Below, piece after piece: positions 13,326 through 27,993 of a stretch of 64,000 nucleotides of DNA (positions within the stretch are counted from its first letter, which is position 1; each line of letters begins with the position of its first letter). The stretch is taken from positions 10,602,001 through 10,666,000 of the forward strand of contig OZ024750.1 of NCBI GenBank assembly GCA_964016885.1, read 5' to 3'. This DNA is from Eledone cirrhosa (taxonomy: Eukaryota). The notes below the pieces were generated by a model. It had not been told where the DNA came from. It searched no databases and saw nothing but the letters and a program-made list of their open reading frames with translations. A program made the translations under genes and the position numbers.

Positions 13326-13606
13326 TTATTCTCTTTTCAGAATAGTTTACTTCAATATATATTTTTTTATACTTTCTCTCATTTTTAAAACTGTACCGAA
13401 GAATTCCAAACGATATACTTTCCATTTCCAAATTGGGCTTAATTACGAAGCTAATAATTTCTGCGAATTAGCGAGAGAAAACAGAGAAAACAGAGAAAAC
13501 AGAGAAAACGAAAGAAAAATCTTATATTCATTATAAGATTTCGAAATGTCTCGATTGTTTACTTTGTATTTCCCCGAATCAAATTTTCACTAATAAGTAA
13601 GAGAGT

Positions 13607-13685
<79 letters not shown>

Positions 13686-14073
13686 AGGGGAGGACGAAAC
13701 AAAGTGTAAGGGAGAGTGAGGAGAGAAGGAGAGAGAGAGAGAGAAGAAAAAGTGGATTGAGATAATTACGATTTAAAAATTATATATCCGTTAGTGATTT
13801 TGGTGGCTTATACAATAGTGGTGCTAAGATGGCATAGAAGCTGTGTGTGGGTGTATGTGTGTGTGAGTGTGTGGATGTGTGTATGTGGACATGTGTGTGT
13901 GGATGTGTGGATATGTGTGTGGATAGTTGTGTGCCTCTTTGTGTGATTCTAATAAAGAAATGAATGCATACACAGACAAACAATTTTGTCAAAATGCACA
14001 CACATACATATATACAGACAGAGACACACACATATACACATAGCCACACACAGACTTATACATAATATATATA

Positions 14074-14134
<61 letters not shown>

Positions 14135-14457
14135 TACACACTCATATGCACGCACGACACAAACAAGCATACTAGAGAATATAGTGAATTTGTGGTTTGA
14201 ATACAGTGTATGTATGTATGTATGTATGTATGTATGTATGTATGTATGTATGTATGTATGTATGTATGTACGTATGTATGCATGTATGTATCCATGTATG
14301 TATGTATGTATGTATGTATGTATGTATGCATGTATGTATGTATATATGTAGACCTGAACATGTATATATTCAGGTTCATATACTATTATAAGTATTAAAA
14401 ATATACAACTTATAAGATATAAATACATATATTCAATTTATTCATGATACGTCACGA

Positions 14458-16135
14458 TGGTGGTGGTGGTGGTGGTGGTGGTGGTGGTGTTGGTGGTGGT
14501 GGTGGTGGTGGTGGTGGTGGGGTGGTGGTGGTGGGGTGGTGGTGGTGTGGTGGTGGTGGTGGTGGTGGTGGTGGTGGTGGTGGTGGTGGGTGTCTCTCTT
14601 TTGAGTATGTTAACAAAAATGTACCACTACCACCACCACTACTAGTTCTGCAAACACCACCACCAGCACTGATACTGTCACCGCCGCCACTATTACCACC
14701 ACCGCCGCCGCCAACACTAATACTAGCACCGCCAGCACCACTAGTATTGCTACCACCACCACCACTAGTACCGCCACCACCACCACCACCACCACCGCCG
14801 CCGCTAGTCCTGTCACCACCGTCGCCATCACTAATACTGTCACCACCATCACTACCATCACCACTACCACCACCCACCACCACCACCACCACCACCACCA
14901 CCACCACCACCACCACCACCACCACCACCACCATCACCACCACCACCACCACCACCACCGCCAGCACCAGTACTGCCACACCCCATCTAAACAAGGCTAG
15001 CCAAATGAAGACGAGTGCTAATTAAAGCGGCAAAGTGTTCTGCTAATGAAAAGTAGAATAGGAAGTATTGAGATATGGTGGAGGTGGTGGTGGTGGTGGA
15101 GGTGGTGGTGTTGGTGTTGGTGGTGGTGGCGGGTTATAATGGTAAATAACTAACGAACAATATCTAAAATATAATAAAGAACAAAACAACAGAAAATAAA
15201 GAACAAAAGAAAATAAATGAATTTATGAAAATAAAGATAAAATAAAAAATAAGATTAAAATGAACAGAAATTATAAAAATATATATAAGAGAAAATTGTA
15301 AAAAAAAAAAAAAATTAAGCTATGAAATATAATGAATTCATGGTTGGTGGCTATCTTAACTATGATGATGATGATGATGATGATGATGGTGGTGATGATG
15401 GTGGTGATAATGATGGTGATGATGATGGTGATAATGATGATAGTGGTGGTGATGGTGATGGTGGTGATAATGGTGATAATGATGGTGGTGATGGTGATAA
15501 TGATGGTGATAATGATGGTGGTGGTGATGATGGTGATGGTGAAAATGATGGTGATAATGGTGATAATGATGGTGGTGGTGATGGTGATGATGATGGTGAT
15601 GATGATGGTGGTGATGATGGTGATGATGGTGATGGTGATAATGATGGTGATAATGATGGTGATGATGGTGATAATGGTGATGATGGTGATGGTGATAATG
15701 AGGGTGGTGATAATGATAATGGTGATGATGGTGATGGTGATAATGATGGTGATGATGGTGATGGTGATGATGATGATAATGATAATGATGGTGATGATGG
15801 TGAACATTGAAGTATCAACCATGACAACAATAATGACAATAACAACAACAACAACAATAACAACAATAACAGCAACAATAACAGCAACCAAATTGACGAT
15901 AACACTAAGAAGAAGTGCAGTCGAATTCACGATAATAACTAACAGAACAACGTCGACAACAACAACAACAACGGCAACAATGCCAACAACAGCAATAACA
16001 ACAACAACAACAATATGACGACAACCATAACCTGAAATGGGCATCACCATAATCAAAGACTTGAACAAGTAGAGCCAGAACTCCAACAACAACAACAACA
16101 GCAACAGCAACAGCAGCAACAACAGCAATAACAAC
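14458..16135. repeat. (GGT)n, (CCA)n, (GAT/GGT)n and (CAA)n trinucleotide tracts, probably intronic
   Basis: Directly visible, with open frames in several phases on both strands. Confidence 0.85.
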
Positions 16136-16273
16136 AATTGTAATAGGAACCAACTAAAACTGAACTTCTTTAACTAATGACAAATATGGTCATTTTGAGG
16201 AAACGGAGTTAACGACCTCAAGTTGAGCGAGAAAACAGACAAATAAAAAAAAAACAATTTAAAACTTAATACT

Positions 16274-17125
16274 AATAACTGTTTCTACTTTAGGCACAAG
16301 GCCAGCAACTACCCAGTGCATTACTGGTACTTTATTTTATCGACCCCACTAATAACGTTACTACTGTCAGTATTGACTAAAAACTTAAATATTCTTGATT
16401 CATTTAAAATGTTCTGGAACGAAATAAATCCCAAAACAAAACATATCTTCTAATTTAAAGTAAAGATCAAAATAATTGATTCTACTTTTGACACAAGGCC
16501 AGCAATTATCCCAGTGTATTACTGGTACTTTATTTTATCGACCCCGTAAGGATGAAAGGCAAAGTTAACCTCGGCGGGATTTGAACTCAGACAATAAAGG
16601 GCCGTAACTCTGTGCTTCAAAGCATGGCGTCCGACCCTCTACCGATACTGCCAATCCACCGCCTTGTAATAATAAATAATGGTTTCTTATATAGGCATAA
16701 GGCCAGCAATTTTGGAGGAGGGGAAAGTAAATTAAATCGACCCCAGTGCGTTACTGGTACTTAATTTTATCGACCCCGTAAGGATGAAATGCAAAGGTAA
16801 CCTCGGCGGGATTTGAACTCAGAAAATAGTAATAATTGTTTCTACTATAGGCACAAGGCCAGCGGTAAGGGGGCAGCGGTAAGTCCTTTAAACCGACGCA
16901 AGTGGGTTACTGGTACTTAACCTCGGCGGAATTTGATCTCAGAAAATAGTAATAATAAAATTAAAAAGAAAAAATCATGCTGAAAATAATGTTGATTATC
17001 AATTTTGGCACAAGGTCAGCAATTTGGTATGGAGAGAAAATCGATCAAATCAACCCCAGAACTTGAATGGTATTTAATTTTATTGAACTCCAGAAAGATA
17101 AATGGCAAAGTTGATCTCGGAGAAA
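16274..17125 (-). mobile_element. Cluster of family S SINE copies (full copy 16471-16663 plus several partial or diverged copies)
   Basis: Repeated GGCACAAGGCCAGCAAT...TTACTGGTACTT...TCGACCCCGTAAGGATGAAA, all on the minus strand, just upstream of the Sp exon. Confidence 0.85.
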
Positions 17126-17228
17126 ACACAAAGTTGTGTATGCATGTATTTGTGTTTGATATATTGAATGTACACCTTATTCCTAGTTGAACCTGGCATT
17201 TATTATTTTTCTTTTCTTGTCGTTTCAG

Positions 17229-18440
17229 GACCGGCATCCATTTACAAACATCTCTTTGGATGTATTGCCACCATCCTGCAGCAAACTTAGCACGGTAAAC
17301 GGTCCTGGTATTATGGAAGAGACCGTTGGCAAAGGATTTCAACCATGGAAGCGAGAAAACTGTTCCGTTGACAGCACAGCTAGCTCCCCATATGTGTCAC
17401 CGTTAGTGACACCACTAAGTAATACAAGTACAGACTTGATTTATTCCAGAAACAATGCTTTGGCACCATGTTCAGGTACATACACCAGTGACATATGCTG
17501 TCCAACCACAGCAACATTTAGTCATGCGGAAGGTGATTACTCATCCGCTTGGATGCACAAATTAAATGATGATAATGCCCTTGGTGCATCTAGCTTCCAA
17601 AGTATATATCATCGTGTGTCGCAGATCCGTAGCCATCAGCCCGACTCTCTGACACTACACCTACCTGGCAGCCGAAGCCACAATCTGGGACATGAAAACA
17701 CATCAGTGGTTAATTCCACCTCAGCTTGGTGGGATCTGCAGAAATCTCCCTCGAAATGGTTATCAGAAGACGCCAACAAAGCGGGACGTATTTGCGGACA
17801 AATTGCCACTGGATATCCAACCAGCAATTTGATGACTCTCGGAACAAAGTCAAACTATCTTACTCCTGCTCAAAGTATTCTTCCAGACACGTACAAATCA
17901 ATAGTCTCCTCTCGTTACGAGATTGGTTCTACAAATGTGACGTCATACCTGAGCCCGTCTCGTATATCTGGTATCAGTAACAACCGTTCCCAGAAAAGAT
18001 ATTCGGGTCGTGGTAGTTGCGATTGCCCAAATTGTCAAGAAGCCGATCGTCTAGGGCCTGCCGGCGAGCACCTACGCAAAAATAACGTGCATAGTTGCCA
18101 TGTTCCTGGATGCGGAAAGGTATACAACAAGACGTCCCACCTGAAGGCCCATCTCCGCTGGCATACGGGTGAGCGTCCATTCATTTGTAACTGGTTGTTC
18201 TGTGGCAAAAGGTTCACCCGCTCCGACGAGTTGCAGCGCCATCAGAGAACACATACAGGAGAGAAAAGGTTTGCGTGTCCCGTCTGTGACAAGCGTTTTC
18301 TAAGGAGCGACCATCTTAGCAAGCATGTGAAAACACATAATGCAAATGATGGTCGAAAATCAGCTGGAAGTGATTCTGGGACCAATGCAGCTGATGGTAA
18401 CGCCAGTAATGGCAGCACTGCGACAGTAAAAACTGGCTAA
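17229..18440 (+). CDS. Sp6-9: Main (3') coding exon of an Sp6-9 (Sp8/Sp9-like) C2H2 zinc-finger transcription factor
   Basis: The translation has a buttonhead box ([20 protein letters not shown]) and three Sp-type fingers at 18096-18338 ([67 protein letters not shown]). It also has the Sp6-9 motifs GKGFQPWKR and AWWDL. A polypyrimidine tract ending TTTCAG at 17228 is a phase-0 splice acceptor, so the TTG start at 17187 in the ORF track is intronic. Stop TAA at 18438-18440. Confidence 0.95.
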   Translation, partial: DRHPFTNISLDVLPPSCSKLSTVNGPGIMEETVGKGFQPWKRENCSVDSTASSPYVSPLVTPLSNTSTDLIYSRNNALAPCSGTYTSDICCPTTATFSHAEGDYSSAWMHKLNDDNALGASSFQSIYHRVSQIRSHQPDSLTLHLPGSRSHNLGHENTSVVNSTSAWWDLQKSPSKWLSEDANKAGRICGQIATGYPTSNLMTLGTKSNYLTPAQSILPDTYKSIVSSRYEIGSTNVTSYLSPSRISGISNNRSQKRYSGRGSCDCPNCQEADRLGPAGEHLRKNNVHSCHVPGCGKVYNKTSHLKAHLRWHTGERPFICNWLFCGKRFTRSDELQRHQRTHTGEKRFACPVCDKRFLRSDHLSKHVKTHNANDGRKSAGSDSGTNAADGNASNGSTATVKTG

Positions 18441-18856
18441 ACAGTTTCAAAGCTGTAAAAAGTATTAATAATAATAATATAATAATTACGAAGCAAACAG
18501 ATAATACAAGAAGATCATAAAAAAAAATTCAAATACGAACACAAAAGAAGTAAAAAAAAATAAAAATAAAATAACCAGAAAATTACAAAACCAAAACCAA
18601 AAATATAACAAAACAGAATAAATTTGAGAATTGAAAAAAAACAAACAATTTTTAAAAGATCGAGAACTTTTCAAAATATTTCTCAGCGGGAGCAAACAGA
18701 AATTGTGTGTGAATGGTAAATAAATAATAACAATAACAATAATAATGATAATAATAATAATAGCAACAACAACAACAGCAACATTTATAACAATTACAAT
18801 TAGAATAATAATGATTATTTTTAATACTGATCGCTTAAAAAATTACAATAAGCACA

Positions 18857-18902
<46 letters not shown>

Positions 18903-18918
18903 CAACAACAATGACAAT

Positions 18919-18949
<31 letters not shown>

Positions 18950-19766
18950 ATAATAGATGAGACAAGGAACTGAGAAGGAAACGGTGAAGGTCTGTTGATT
19001 TAAATCAGAAATTTAAAGAAAAGAAACACACAGGTGAGATGGAAAAAAATGAATGGAACTTGATTTGAAAAAATGCTGTAAGATTTGAAATACAACAAAA
19101 ACAAGAACTCAACAACTATAATAACAACGACAACATTAAAATCTACAACAGCAGAAGAATTTCAAATTTTCTTACGAGAAATGAAAGAAAAACAAAAATC
19201 GACATTAGTGTTTGTAAGTAAAAAAACACCGATGGAAAAATAAAAGGGCGAAGATCTTGATAGGATTGATAAAACAACCCCTTAAAAGTTAAGAAAATAT
19301 GATGAGAAATGTGACATATTAGCGAACCACAGGATGAACATTGCTCGTATTTTAAATTGTTGTTGTTTATCTTTTTATCAGCAATTGTTATGGGGAGTAA
19401 CGGAAAAAGAGAACAAAAAACAAAATGGAAGATTAGTTTACAAGAATTAAACTGAAATAATTACAAAGGTAAACAAAATTTACCCCGCTGCTGAAGAATC
19501 AAAGAAACTGTACACATCACACACAGACAAATACACATACACATACATAAAAACACATACATACACACGTACATACACACAAACACACGTGTGTACATCT
19601 TGTATATTTATACCTACATCTGTATCTATATCTATATATATGTGTATGTATATATATATATATCTATATATATAAATGTATATATATATATATTTGTATA
19701 TTTGTATATGTGTGCGTGCGTGTAAATGTGTGTAGGCATACACTTATGTATATATATATATGTATA

Positions 19767-19969
<203 letters not shown>

Positions 19970-19975
19970 AATATG

Positions 19976-20092
<117 letters not shown>

Positions 20093-20175
20093 ATATATAT
20101 GTGTATATATATATATATATAAATATCTATGTATATATATATATGTAAATATATGTATATATATATATATGTAAA

Positions 20176-20217
<42 letters not shown>

Positions 20218-20227
20218 AATATATGTG

Positions 20228-20267
<40 letters not shown>

Positions 20268-20275
20268 TATGTAAA

Positions 20276-20308
<33 letters not shown>

Positions 20309-20452
20309 GTAAATATATATGTGTATATATATATATATGTGTGTGTGTGTGTATATATATATATGTGTGTATATATATATATATGTGTGTATATATATAT
20401 TTATATATATATATATGTGAATATGTGTGTATTTATATATATATATATGTAA

Positions 20453-20484
<32 letters not shown>

Positions 20485-20675
20485 GTAAATATATATATAA
20501 ATATATGTAAATATATATATATATATATGTAAATATATATATATATATATGTAAATATATATATATATATGTAAATATATATATATATGTAAATATGTAT
20601 ATATATATATGTAAATATGTGTGTATTTATATATATATATATGTAAATATGTGTATATATATATGTAAATATGTG

Positions 20676-20725
<50 letters not shown>

Positions 20726-20742
20726 TGTTTTGTATATATACA

Positions 20743-20834
<92 letters not shown>

Positions 20835-21266
20835 CATATATATATATATACATGTGTATGTAGATAATAGACGTTTCGGAGAGCATTGCGATTTACATTA
20901 CCTAACATTATAACATTTACGTTCGTATTTGCATTACACCAATCATAAAACTTCTTTCATCGACAACAACAACAATAATAATTCTTTCTAATTCAGACAC
21001 AGGGACTGTAATTTTGGGGGTAGGGTGAACATCAATTAACTCGACTCCAGTACTTGACTGCTACTTTATTTTGTCAAGCTCCGGAAGGGTGAAAGAAATG
21101 GTTGACCTCGGCGAAATTTAAATTCAAAACAGAAAAAAGCCGGAAAAATTGTACAAATTTTGTAAAGTACTAGTTATATATAACCGCCCCCTCCCCCAAA
21201 AAACATTGCTGGCCTTGTGCTTAAATTAGAAACCGTTATTATTATTTTTATTATTATTATTATTAT

Positions 21267-21398
21267 TCTTTGAGTCTCAGTCATTGATGTTATTTTTGGA
21301 AAGTTTGTTCAAATGAACATCAAGCCGCTACCTGCAGCCTCAGATATTCAGGACGTATCGGAGGGTTCTTGCTGTTCCCAGCAAGCATGCCTTTTGAA
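21267..21398 (-). mobile_element. 3' end of an R4/Dong-like (RLE) non-LTR retrotransposon
   Basis: The minus strand encodes QKACLLGTARTLRYVLNI* (stop at 21340-21342), matching the typical R4/Dong C-terminus QK..LLGTA.ILR..L. A short 3' UTR runs into a (TAA)n tract, the known Dong target. Confidence 0.7.
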
Positions 21399-21585
21399 GT
21401 GGATTGGCAGTATCGGTAGAAGGTCGGACGCCATGCTTTGACGCATAGAGTTACCGCCCTTGCCATTCTGAGTTCAAATCCCGCCGAGGTTAACTTTGCC
21501 TTTCATCCTTACGAGGTCGATAAAATAAAGTACCAGTAACGTACTGGGTAATTGCTGGCCTTGTGCCAAAAGTAGAAACAATTAT
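21399..21585 (+). mobile_element. tRNA-derived SINE, family S
   Basis: Full head-to-tail match to the other copies, ending in (ATT)n. Confidence 0.9.
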
Positions 21586-23015
21586 TATTATTATTATTAT
21601 TATTATTGACATTAAGGTGGTGGGATTTGCAGGTACGATGGAGCATGGGAAAAAAAATGCCTGTTGGTATTTGTACCGTCTCTTTACGTTTTAAGATCAA
21701 GTTTGACCGAGGCTAACTTTTTCTTTCTTCTTTCTGGGTCCGATATAATATGACTCTGTCAAGTACTGGGGCCGATATCATAATCGATTATATCACCCCC
21801 ACCACCATCACCCCAAAATAGAGGACGACAGAACTAGTTACGTTTTTTTTCCTTTCTGAATTCCATTCTTACAAGTGATCGACATTGCTTTTAAAGTCGA
21901 TATAATAGATACCAGTAATTTACTGTGAGACTCTGTTTTAATTTTTCTAACCTGCACTAAATTTCTCTTCCTGTGCCTAGGTTAATAAAACTTATGATTG
22001 TTATATTAGCGACATATTGTTAAAATCGTTAGTACGATGGACAAAATGCCTTTCCTTTATTTTTTCGGCCCATTACGGTTCAAATTCAAATCCCGCCGAT
22101 GTTAACTTTGCCTTTCATCCTTCCGAGATAAATAAAACAAAGTACGACTTGGGTATTGAGATCGATTTAATCGAAGATCCACTACCTGTCACATTTCTGG
22201 TCTTGTGCCTATGTTAGAAACACTTTATCATTACTGTGACCGCTGTTGTTGTTGTTGTTGTTTCAAAATATTTAACCTAAGTATGTTTTTTTGTATTTTT
22301 AAAAATTAAATTATTTTTTTTAATTTCAAGCTAAAACTATCTTTGGTCGCCATGACAGACTGACAACAATAAGACCACAATCACAAAAACAAAATAATTT
22401 TCACAACATAAATATACACAGACAGAACAACCAAAAAATCCCAACAATAACAAAACACTAGAGAAAACAAAAACAACATATACAAAACCAATAATTTCAA
22501 CAAAAATAAACAATAGATGTTATCTAAAAACGAAAAAGAAAAAAAGATAAAAATATTTCTAAAAGAAAAATAAATTGAAGGAATTTTAAAAGAAATTAAA
22601 AACAGACTAAAAGAAATTAAAAACAATCCTCAAGAAAAAAAAATTAACAAAAAAGACAATAATAAGTAACATTGAAAAATATTATATACGAAAATGAAGT
22701 TATGAATAAACCAGTAAATAAATCACTACAACATGAAGGAATGTCCTACGAAAATATGTTTTGTCTCACTTTATTTCGTTGTTCTCCGAGGTTTTCCTCT
22801 TCTTTCTTTATATACTAAACAGTTTTTACCCCAAGAAAAAAATGTTTATTATAATTGTCAATTCTTTCTTTATAGAAGAAATTCTAGGATTGAACGACGA
22901 ACGGTTGTTATGTATATTAAAGAGAGAGTATTTGGAGGTTGCTCGCTTATGTTTCTCTTTCATATATCCAGTCGTTATCTTTTCAGTATTTATACTAGGT
23001 TTAAAATTCATAAAT

Positions 23016-23085
<70 letters not shown>

Positions 23086-23581
23086 CATCATCAACATCAT
23101 TTGATGTCTATTTTCCTTGTAAGAAGGTTTGGACGGGCCATAGCTACTGACCTTTCAGATGGGCTGTATCATGCTTACAAATGTTTCCGCATGAATCGAA
23201 TGTTTTTATTGTGACAGCAGCACTAGGGAGGTTGTCATGTCTTTGTCACGACTGAAGAATCCCTCGGATCCTTTGACAAGTTAGTGAATTACTGCTGGTG
23301 ATTTCAAAACTAGAACTCGATGCACAGGCAGAGTGTATCTATTAATATATTAAGAAAAACGATGAACTTTCGTTTACATGTATCTAGTTTATATATATAT
23401 ATAGAGCAAACATCACGGACACTCTATCTCAAAATTATTTTTGAAAAGCATTAGAAATGCGCAACCGGTAAAACTTAAAACCAAAACTGAATACTAACCA
23501 ATACTATTACTAATTCTCACTTATTCCTAATTAAACTATTTTTCACTCTGAACAATTTGTCAGCATTTTCTTTTCCGTTTA

Positions 23582-23617
<36 letters not shown>

Positions 23618-23620
<3 letters not shown>

Positions 23621-23753
23621 CGAAGAAAATGTGGTAAGGAACCAGGTGGACCATAACGCACTAAAGTACTCAATACTTAGGGTAGTAGAGTGGGTAATAG
23701 GAACGAGTAGGACCCCGACGGCTGAGCTCAAGCCGTTTCGACGGCTAATTCTG

Positions 23754-23756
<3 letters not shown>
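23618..23756 (-). mobile_element. Family A element copy 2 (tail + single arm, no fold-back)
   Basis: Tail plus TAGGAACGAGTAGGACCCCGACGG...AATTCTGGAC, then directly (TA)n. Confidence 0.85.
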
Positions 23757-23797
<41 letters not shown>

Positions 23798-23934
23798 CTG
23801 TTACGCGCGTTTCGCAGAGAATCGGCTCCTCTGACTGACGATTCAATAAAAAATATACGATGCTAGAAAAATATCAGTAAAATGTTCGATATATTGAAAA
23901 CGGCATAATTCGGTCAGTGTATGTGTATGTCACC

Positions 23935-24062
23935 AGTCATGTCGTCTGTATATATGTGTGTGTCAGCAGTTATGTCGTCTGTATATATGTGTGTCAACAG
24001 TTATGTCGTCTGTATATGTGTATATCAGGCAGTCATATCGTCTGTATATACGTGTGTCCGCA
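23935..24062. repeat. ~31-bp minisatellite, about 4 copies
   Basis: CAGT(C/T)ATGTCGTCTGTATATATGTGTGT repeats. Confidence 0.8.
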
Positions 24063-24194
24063 GTTATATTTCACGATTCATTCATGTTAATTGCCAGTGT
24101 CAGCAACAAACATCAAAAACAACAACACCGATAAAAGCAAGATCAAAAGCGTAAGCGACAACATTAGTTAGTTAGTTAGTAAGTAGTAGTAGTG

Positions 24195-24233
<39 letters not shown>

Positions 24234-24234
24234 A

Positions 24235-24273
<39 letters not shown>

Positions 24274-24833
24274 CTACAATAATATCACCATCGTCATCAT
24301 TATCATTAAAATATGTTTAGAATCGAGTACAATTATAAAAAAAAAAAAATCTGATAAATTGCAAAGCAAATGTACAATCTTTGATCTGGCGAGTCTAAAA
24401 GCAATATAGAATCAAACAATCTGCGTTGATCGCAGAGGATGTGGAACAAACAGTATTTGACGGACGGCTCACAAAATGTCGGCATGCTTTCTGTTAAGTA
24501 CGCAAATACAGACACTAACACTCTCATACACAGACATACATGCCTTCATGTTTGAAAGAAAAGAATACAACAAATTAAACTGGAGTCATAGGTTACACAC
24601 ACTGACACAGACACACACACAGACACACACACACACACACATATATAGACTATATATACATATATATATATATACTGTATATATGCATCATATGTTTGTT
24701 GTGTATGTGTATGTATATACGTGTGTGTGGTCAGCGAAATTATCCCTGGGTTAAATGTACTGCGGTACGAAATTGTGGAACATCGACGTATTTTCGTATC
24801 ATATGTCATATTGTATAGACGACGTGTATAGAC

Positions 24834-24880
<47 letters not shown>

Positions 24881-25209
24881 AAAAAAGATTACTCTTTGAT
24901 GATTGATAGAAAACCGAACCCTGCATCCAACGATGTAATACATTTAAGCAAATCGATATAGGTGAGTATAAAACACGCAAGACGAGGAAGAACTCAAAGC
25001 TGAATATTTACAATATCACTTTAAAAAACGTTTGAAAATTCAAACAGTCTCGGTGGATGAGTGCTACCACTGTTATATAATTATATATCTGCCTATTTTA
25101 TGTTCTCTGAATAACTAGCGACTACTAAATAAATTCGGCGTAAGAAGAATCTTCTTTTTTAAGTACTTGTTTTTCTTTCTAGAAGATCGAAGGCAGAGGC
25201 GTCCTTCGC

Positions 25210-25821
25210 TGGGGTCTGTCCTGCTCGCCTTGCCATCCGATATGCTGCCACACAACCTTGAATTTTAGAAGGGCACAGTCATCATGCTTTCCAGAAACCT
25301 TGATCAGCCATAATTGTGCAATAGGACGCGTATGCTTGTGACAGAACTACAGTCTCACATTATTGAAAGCAAACTCCTCATTTGATGTAGTATGAGAGAA
25401 ATCGTATTTATACCTAGAATACCGCTAACACCAAAAGACATCTCCTTTCATTTCAAACGATTGCATTTCCCACTGACCATTAATATGTCCCAAGTTCAAA
25501 CACTGCAGGCAGTCGTCTCCACCATGACCTGTTTCTTGCATGGTCAATTGTATGTAGGTTGTTCTAGAGAAGGAAGCCCCGCACAAACTCTTCACATATG
25601 CTCCAAAGAAAAAATGGTTAAAGACATTATATATACTGAAGTTCTGTAAATGTTTTGTAATTTTCGTAGAATACATTTTTCTATTATTTTCTTTATTATT
25701 TAAATACTTTTTAACATCATTTATTATAAAGAAACATGCGCATCACAATAAATACCAATAGATCCCCTATGAATAGATTTGAGCGCAGCACAGACCGGGG
25801 CGAGGTCCCCGAGGCCACTAA
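25210..25821 (+). mobile_element. Helitron remnant: decayed PIF1-type helicase C-terminus plus 3' hairpin/CTAR end
   Basis: Frameshifted translation LPHNLEF...VIMLSRNLDQP.LCNRTRMLV...VFIPRIPLTP...FKRLHFP.TINMSQVQTL...CFLHGQLYVGCSR...IIYTEVL* matches Helitron helicase motifs (TINKSQGQ, HGQLYVA.SR). Terminal hairpin CGGGG-CGAGGT-CCCCG followed by CTAA|T. Confidence 0.85.
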
Positions 25822-25925
25822 TATATATATATATATATATATATAAGCTTTTTCTCATAAGCCCTGCAGACATCAAAATAAATGTAAACGTATACAAAAC
25901 CAAACCTCACGCACACAAACACACG

Positions 25926-25990
<65 letters not shown>

Positions 25991-26014
25991 TTATATATAT
26001 ATATATATATATAT

Positions 26015-26268
26015 ACGATATTAACAAATGGAAACTATATTCATAAAACCATATTTATTTCATTATACATATTTGAAGAACACCAAGTTAAATTATGGTG
26101 TGCTTTCATCAAATAAAATATAATATAGAGCAGTTTTATAAATAAATATTGAAATACCCTTAAAGAATGCAACCATTACTGTTGGAAGCTCCCAATTATT
26201 TGATGAGTGCTTTATATCAGTTATAAAAATATTTGCTTGTTGCATCCCAACAATTTAAATAGAACTTT

Positions 26269-26270
<2 letters not shown>
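26015..26270 (-). mobile_element. Hammerhead-bearing repeat family G, copy with mutated core
   Basis: Reverse-complement homologue of 33690-33945. The core reads TTGATGA...CAAAT instead of CTGATGA...GAAAT. Flanked by (TA)n. Confidence 0.7.
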
Positions 26271-26306
<36 letters not shown>

Positions 26307-27125
26307 GAGGATGTATATATATGTGGGCGTATATGTGCGTATAACTGGTGTTTAGTCACAGGTCAGAGCTGATCAAGAACACCAACGATGAAAATGATTC
26401 CAACCTTGATAATTACGTCTTAGTATTAATATATTTAGGACAACATTCTTCTAAGTATCCTTCCTCATTCAAGATGTTAAAGTATGATTTCAAGGAATTT
26501 GGTTTCTATTTCTAACAGGTCAGATGATCATGTAGAGGAGCTGTTGTTTAGTAAGAAATTGATTAGGTAGTCATGTGATTACCATTACAGCTACTGATAC
26601 ATACATTTAGGTGCACACACATGGAAAACAGATTAAGACCGAGTCATACCCATCAAATGTCAAATAAATAAATAGATATCTAAATAAATAAGTATATTTT
26701 CTTTTATATAAGTATGTACACGTACATACATATATGTATACAGACGCACAGTAGTATGCATACACATATATACATACATGCACACATATATGTACGTATG
26801 GATTCACCGAACATTTATTATAAAGCTCGGTGTGTTTGTAAACAGACATCCCGTATTAAGCCGTAGTGTCGAGCAACCATCATTGCTCGTTTGTTCAACA
26901 CTGACAAAGGAACGCTGTACTAGTTTCAAGCTTATTAGCTATCGTCAGCAACGTATACCTTCCTGCCAGATTGTTGAACGTATATACTTACCTTATGCAT
27001 ATTAACCGCTGAGTAGCTCAATTTGCATATCGAGTGGGTTAATCGGCCGGGTGCACTTATTCTTCTACTACTACTTTTCAAATATATATACATACACATA
27101 TATATATATATACATAAATATATAC

Positions 27126-27220
<95 letters not shown>

Positions 27221-27235
27221 TATATATATATATAT

Positions 27236-27302
<67 letters not shown>

Positions 27303-27321
27303 TATATATATATACACACAC

Positions 27322-27352
<31 letters not shown>

Positions 27353-27401
27353 TATATATATATATATATACACACATATATATATATACATATATATACA
27401 C

Positions 27402-27434
<33 letters not shown>

Positions 27435-27457
27435 TATATACACATATATATACACAC

Positions 27458-27620
<163 letters not shown>

Positions 27621-27644
27621 CATATATATATATACATATACATA

Positions 27645-27751
<107 letters not shown>

Positions 27752-27754
27752 ATA

Positions 27755-27804
<50 letters not shown>

Positions 27805-27845
27805 TATATATATATATATATATACACATATATATACATATACAC

Positions 27846-27902
<57 letters not shown>

Positions 27903-27933
27903 TACACATATATATATATATACATTTAAAATT

Positions 27934-27993
<60 letters not shown>

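Noticed and set aside
15271-16153. Poly-D/G, poly-M/V and poly-I/T ORFs
   Set aside because: A (GAT/GGT)n and (CAA)n tract open in multiple frames.
17187-17228. TTG-initiated N-terminal extension of the Sp ORF
   Set aside because: It is the polypyrimidine tract and AG of a splice acceptor.
20862-20900. Minus-strand CCGAAACGTC hammerhead-like 3' core
   Set aside because: No CTGANGA or stem I partner is found upstream.
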